42,909 nucleotides of DNA from NCBI RefSeq assembly GCF_001194135.2, contig NC_068983.1:12319261-12362169 (forward strand), given 5' to 3'. Position 1 is the first letter of the stretch. Every line of letters starts with the position of its first letter. A program made the position numbers and the translations under genes. Origin of the DNA: Octopus bimaculoides. Lineage: Eukaryota. Shown piece by piece: positions 38,169-42,909 of this stretch. The notes beneath the pieces are model-generated. The model searched no databases, was not told where the DNA came from, and saw only the letters and a list, made by a program, of their open reading frames with translations.

Positions 38169-39680
38169 CTTAGACACAAGGTCCGAATTTTTTTTTTTGG
38201 GGGGGGGGCAGTCGATGAGATCTACCCTAGTGCGCAATTATTTTCGCTTGGGTATCCAGCCGGAGCGCTTAATGACAGTTGCTCCAGCTAAGATGATTGT
38301 AACCATCGTGAGGTACTTGAGGACTCTACCCACACGACCCTCCTAAAAACAGTAAACAGAGGAGATAGATAGCTGTATACATGAGTATTATTCACGAAAC
38401 CGGGTTTATCAATATTTTATTTATCACTGTATCCCTTCCGACATGAACATTTATCAAACGAGTTCCATAAACATTAATAGTTATCTCATAAATGCTACGT
38501 GAAACCAAGTACTAAGGCAATAAGATATGGTTTTCAATGAGATAAAAGGGTTTTAATATATATATATATATTCTTTTTTGTAAAACCACGAAAAGCAAGG
38601 CGTAGGGAAAATATGCTATATATACTTACGAAGAATTAAATGAAAGACTCCAAGCGAAATTCCATTGTATTGGAATGCGTTAAGACAGAAATATTTGCCA
38701 CATCAGAAGCTTTAGCGAGGGACGTACTGTTTCCGCTAATGCTGAGGGCCCTTATTTCTTTTTTTTACTTTTAATTCAAGTACCGCTTCAAAAATATTTA
38801 ATTTCCTAGTGTCTATTGTTGTATAGTATATCTTTTTTATCAATAATTTTTCTTATGTAAGAGATTCGGCTCCACATATATTTCGACAGTTGGTTGCTTG
38901 TCTTATCAGCAATTTTCAATATATATATATATATATACATGTAAGCAGCTGAGTGCATGTATGTATAAATATCTGAGTGTATATGTGTACAGGCATACAT
39001 ATATACACATGAACATATCCGAATACATAAATGTGGTAGCTTCGTATGTATGTGTTGACGTGCATACATGTGTATGCACGTATGTATATTCTACCGGTAC
39101 TTGTGTATATACACGTACATACATACATGCATAAATACATTTATACATACATACATGCATAAATACATTTATACATACATATAAGGTGGGGATGAAGTTA
39201 GTGAGAGGTGGAATAAAAGTGTAGGCGTGTGCGTATCTCAGGGAGAGAGGGGGAAGGTAAGGAGTGTGAGTAGAGAAGAAAGATGTGAGGAAGAAGTAGA
39301 GAAAGAGGTATGACAAGGACATTTGCCTCACGTGGTTAGTTGAAGGGAGAGGCGAAGAGCGAGAGAAAAATACAGTGAGAGAAAACAGAGAGAGTGAAGT
39401 GTTAATAATGTGCTGTAGGGTGGGGAGGAAAAGGTAAAGAGAAAGAGATATGGTTAAGATACAATATTTAGCAGAGGGTTATGTTCTGGTCGTGAGGTTA
39501 AAGAAAGGCAGATAGAGTGAGATGGACAGGGGAGGCAGTGACATTGAGAGACAAACGGAGAGAGAGAGCATGAGAGACAGAGAGCATGAGAGAAAGAGAA
39601 AGAGAGAGATAGAGTGAAAATTAATGGAAGTGACAGGTTGTCCTGGTAACATGAGGTTTTGCTAGAATATTTAAAACGTA

Positions 39681-40116
39681 AGGCAGCGAGCTGGCAGAAA
39701 CTTTAGCACTCCGGGCGAAATGCTTAGGCGTATTTCGTCTGCCGCTACGTTCTGAGTTAAAATCCCGTCGAGGTCGACTTTGCTTTTTATCATTTCGGGG
39801 TCGATTAAATAAGTACCACTTACGCACTGGGGTCGATATAATCGACTTAATCCGTTTGTCTGTCCTTGTTTGTCCCCTCTGTGTGTAGCCCCTTGTGGGC
39901 AATAAAGAAATAAGAAACGTTTGCACGCCGGACGAAATGCTTAGCAGTATTTCTTCTGTCCTTACATTCTGAGTTCAAATTACGCCGTGGTCGACTTTGC
40001 CTTTCATCCTTTCGGGGTCGATAAATTAAGTACCAATTACATACTGGAGTCGATCTAATCGACTGGCCCCCTTCGCCAAAAATTTCAGGCCTTGTGCCTA
40101 GGGTAGAAAAGAATAT
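39681..40116 (+). mobile_element. SINE family B dimer, near full length
   Basis: Two units, both with B-box-like gagtt(a/c)aa; matches 6712-7140. Confidence 0.92.
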
Positions 40117-40416
40117 TTAGAACGTTGTCCAAAATACTTAGCCGAATTGAAGAAAATATCTTTGACATTCTGAATATAAATACAGTTAAGAACAAATTTG
40201 CTTCCGAACCCTCCAGTGCCGATGGACCAGAGTATAATTTAAATATTGGGATCCATGTTATCGACAAAGCCCCATCCCCAAGATTGCTGGTGTTGTGCCC
40301 CAAATCATTTATACTAATATACTTTTAATATACGTTTAATTGGACGCGCTAATTCAATAAATCATTGTCATGTAGAGATTTAATACTTTCATTATATTAT
40401 TCTTAGTGGGAGTATA

Positions 40417-40600
40417 GTGGAGAGCTGGCAGAATGGTTAGCACGCTGGTCAAAACTTTTAGCGGCATTTTGGGCTTCTTGATGTTCTGAGTTCGAATCCC
40501 GCCGAAATTGACTTTGTCTTTCACCTTTCGAAGCCTATAAAATAACTACCAGTTATCATCGCTGCGTCAATGTAATCAACCTGTACCCCACCTCACCTCC
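40417..40600 (+). mobile_element. Diverged SINE family B monomer
   Basis: gagctggcagaatggttagcacgc..gagttcgaatcc..ttgtctttcacctttcg..taaaataactaccagtt. Confidence 0.75.
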
Positions 40601-41296
40601 AAATTTCATCTTTTGCCTGAATTGCTCTCAACTGAGCTTTCTCTTATAGATCATTTCATGATTATACACAATCAGGCACACATGCATTTGAGAATTTGCA
40701 CTCAAGTGTGCCACCTCTCTCTATATTTTTAAAATGAAGCTAAATCACTACTCGACTACCACGCTCAAATACTTATGATGAAGCTTGGCTTATAGCAAAC
40801 TTCTCAGTTTGAACACACACGCAAAGGAACATTTATAAACAGCTTCATCACCAGATATTTGAATAACATTCACATCATTTGCTCTTTTGTCTATAAAGTT
40901 TAACATTTCTGTATGCTTAAGTGCATAAACAAAACACACACACACACACATGCACCCGCAAACCAACACTCACAAACATACATGCACATATGCACACACA
41001 GTCGCGCACACATACCACACTTATTAAACCACAAATACGTGTCCATAACTGTCATATTCAGACAGTAAGCCTGGCATTTCAATCTTGGAAAATTCTTGAT
41101 TCTTGAAATTATCTTCTCTTTTCAAGTAGAGCCGCTTTTAATTGCTATTCGGTAATAATGATACATAGTCTACAGGCGGGGATTATTTTGATACATCGAG
41201 AATCTATGTTACAATAGCGTTTGATATGCCTGTCCTGCTATCTCTTAGTCCGTGAATACACATATTTATATTATATATATAAATATGTGTATTCAC

Positions 41297-41460
41297 AGGC
41301 GCAGGAGTGGCTGTATGGTAAGTAGCTTGTTTACTAACCACATGGTTCCGGGTTCATTCCCACTGCGTGGCATCTTGGGTAAGTGTCTTCTACTATAGCC
41401 TCGGGCCGACCAAAGCCTTGTGAGTGGATTTGGTAGACGGAAACTGAAAGAAGCCTGTCG

Positions 41461-41515
<55 letters not shown>

Positions 41516-41733
41516 ATATGTTTGTGTGTCTGTGTTTGTCCTCCCAACATCGCTTGACAACCGATGGTAGTGTGTTTACGTCCCCGTAACTTAGCGGTTT
41601 GGCAAAAGCGACCAATAGAATAAGAAGTACTAGTCTTACAAAGAATAAGTCCTGGGGTCAATTTGCTCGACTAAAAAGGCGGTGCTCCAGCATGGCCGCA
41701 GTCAAATGACTGAAACAAGTAAAAAAGTAAAAG
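41297..41733 (+). mobile_element. SINE family A, full length
   Basis: aggcgcaggagtggctgt head through the aaaagt tail; internal (TA)n(TG)n. Confidence 0.92.
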
Positions 41734-41797
41734 TGAGAGATGTATACACACACGTATATATATCTACATATACGCATATATATAGACGCCCGCACGA

Positions 41798-41852
<55 letters not shown>

Positions 41853-41882
41853 TATATATATACACACAGACCAAATCAGTTG

Positions 41883-42135
41883 AAAAACAATTATATCGGG
41901 TTATGTTAGAGACGTTATACGAACCACCTGTTTTCTTTCCGGCACATCGATAAAAGTAATACAACTGAGTTGCTTAGCCACGAGTGGAATTTGAAGAATA
42001 GCGCAAATATTCAAACCCTATGTTAACGGAACTAACAAATGCAGCTTACGAGTAGCAAAAAGATCTCATATTCTTCTTTGATGCAGCGATTCCAACACTG
42101 CTGAACTCGAGATCTGAAATTTGTCGATGAATTAC
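41883..42135 (+). pseudogene. Degenerate PLE GIY-YIG fragment (missed by the ORF track)
   Basis: KNNYIGLC*RRYTNHLFSFRHIDKSNTTELLSHEWNLKN; then, after frameshifts, PYVNGTNKCSL and LLNSRSEICR. Confidence 0.8.
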
Positions 42136-42324
42136 GCCTTGTAAGGGCAATTAATTCAGTATTTCTGCAGTTCTAACGGCAAGTCTGTGTTCGAAAAATA
42201 ATTTTCATCGTACAATACACATTTCGTGCTAATAAAAAACAAACGTTAGTTTGTTCATATTTATATTCACGTACTTGTTCATTTAGTTATTTAGCGTCTA
42301 AATTTGCGGATAAGTTTGTCAGTG

Positions 42325-42396
42325 GGCAGTTTAAGTTAATGGTAAAACACTCTGACGGCATCTTAAGAGATGTGGGTTTAAGTCCCATGACTGTGC
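42325..42396 (+). pseudogene. tRNA-like sequence (possibly Cys-derived)
   Basis: Acceptor ggcagtt/gactgtg 6/7 paired, D-loop aatggta, T-arm gtggg-tttaagt-cccat, possible GCA anticodon. GTTTAAGTC can be read as a CpG-decayed GTTCGAGTC. Confidence 0.55.
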
Positions 42397-42649
42397 GTTG
42401 ACAACTTTTCCCGGTGTTAAGGTAATTTAGTCAGTACTCCTGCTTGTTCTAGTGGCAATTCTGCATTCGAAAAAATATTATATATAATATTATATATAAT
42501 AGAAAGTAAAAAGTAAAAAGAAAGTAAATAGTATATATACAACGCACATTAATGTGAGTGAACCAAAGCGAACGACCATCTTCGAAGGAATCCACGCACG
42601 TGGTGAGAGATTGTAAAGATAGAAATCTGAGCTAAGTTTTATTCTTTAT

Positions 42650-42909
42650 TTCTAAGTTTTATTCAATATTCTATTTTCTTTCCAATTTATTTCACCTGTT
42701 TATTAACATACTGTAATTTCTCTCACAGAATAGTTTTGTATTTGTTTATTTACGATAAAATTTACTTACGATAAAATCGTTTCTTCTTAGTTTATTTACA
42801 TACTAAGTTTTATTCTATATTCTATATTCTATATTTCCTTCTATTGTTAACATACTGTAATTTCTCTCACAGAATAGTTTTTGTTTATTTACGATAAAAT
42901 TTATTTACG
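42650..42909. repeat. Imperfect tandem repeat, ~144-bp unit, cut by the window end
   Basis: ttaacatactgtaatttctctcacagaatagtttt starts at 42703 and at 42847; ctaagttttattc and tttacgataaaattt are also repeated. Confidence 0.8.

Noticed and set aside
42351-42380. CTGACGG-catct-taag-agatg as a hammerhead
   Set aside because: The core ends in G rather than A and no GAAA follows the stem; better explained as part of the tRNA-like cassette.

Overview
AT-rich, repeat-dense eukaryotic scaffold DNA with 16 N-gaps, almost all next to microsatellites. I find no host protein-coding gene; nearly all supplied ORFs are microsatellite or gap artefacts. The SINE, microsatellite and tail repertoire matches what I recall of Octopus genomes (inference, not verified). 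Supported content: (1) Penelope-like element (PLE) debris, comprising an RT N-half (14-1630, -), an RT thumb fragment (16160-16603, +) and three to four GIY-YIG endonuclease fragments, two of them forming inverted arms (37441-38168); (2) three Tc1/mariner derivatives; (3) CR1/L2-type RT relics; (4) three tRNA-derived SINE families in many copies; (5) a 127-bp-arm foldback and a 119-bp hairpin. The best candidate for an undescribed system is a set of small non-coding elements carrying hammerhead ribozymes (HHR). One is a ~348-bp monomer plus partial tandem repeat with a target-site-duplication-like flank and a near-intact minus-strand type I HHR (13558-13994, retrozyme-like). Another joins a Pol III B-box, an (AAT)n tract and a decayed HHR (36458-36740). 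Isolated tRNA-like cassettes also lie next to PLE fragments. All alignments and folds were done by eye.
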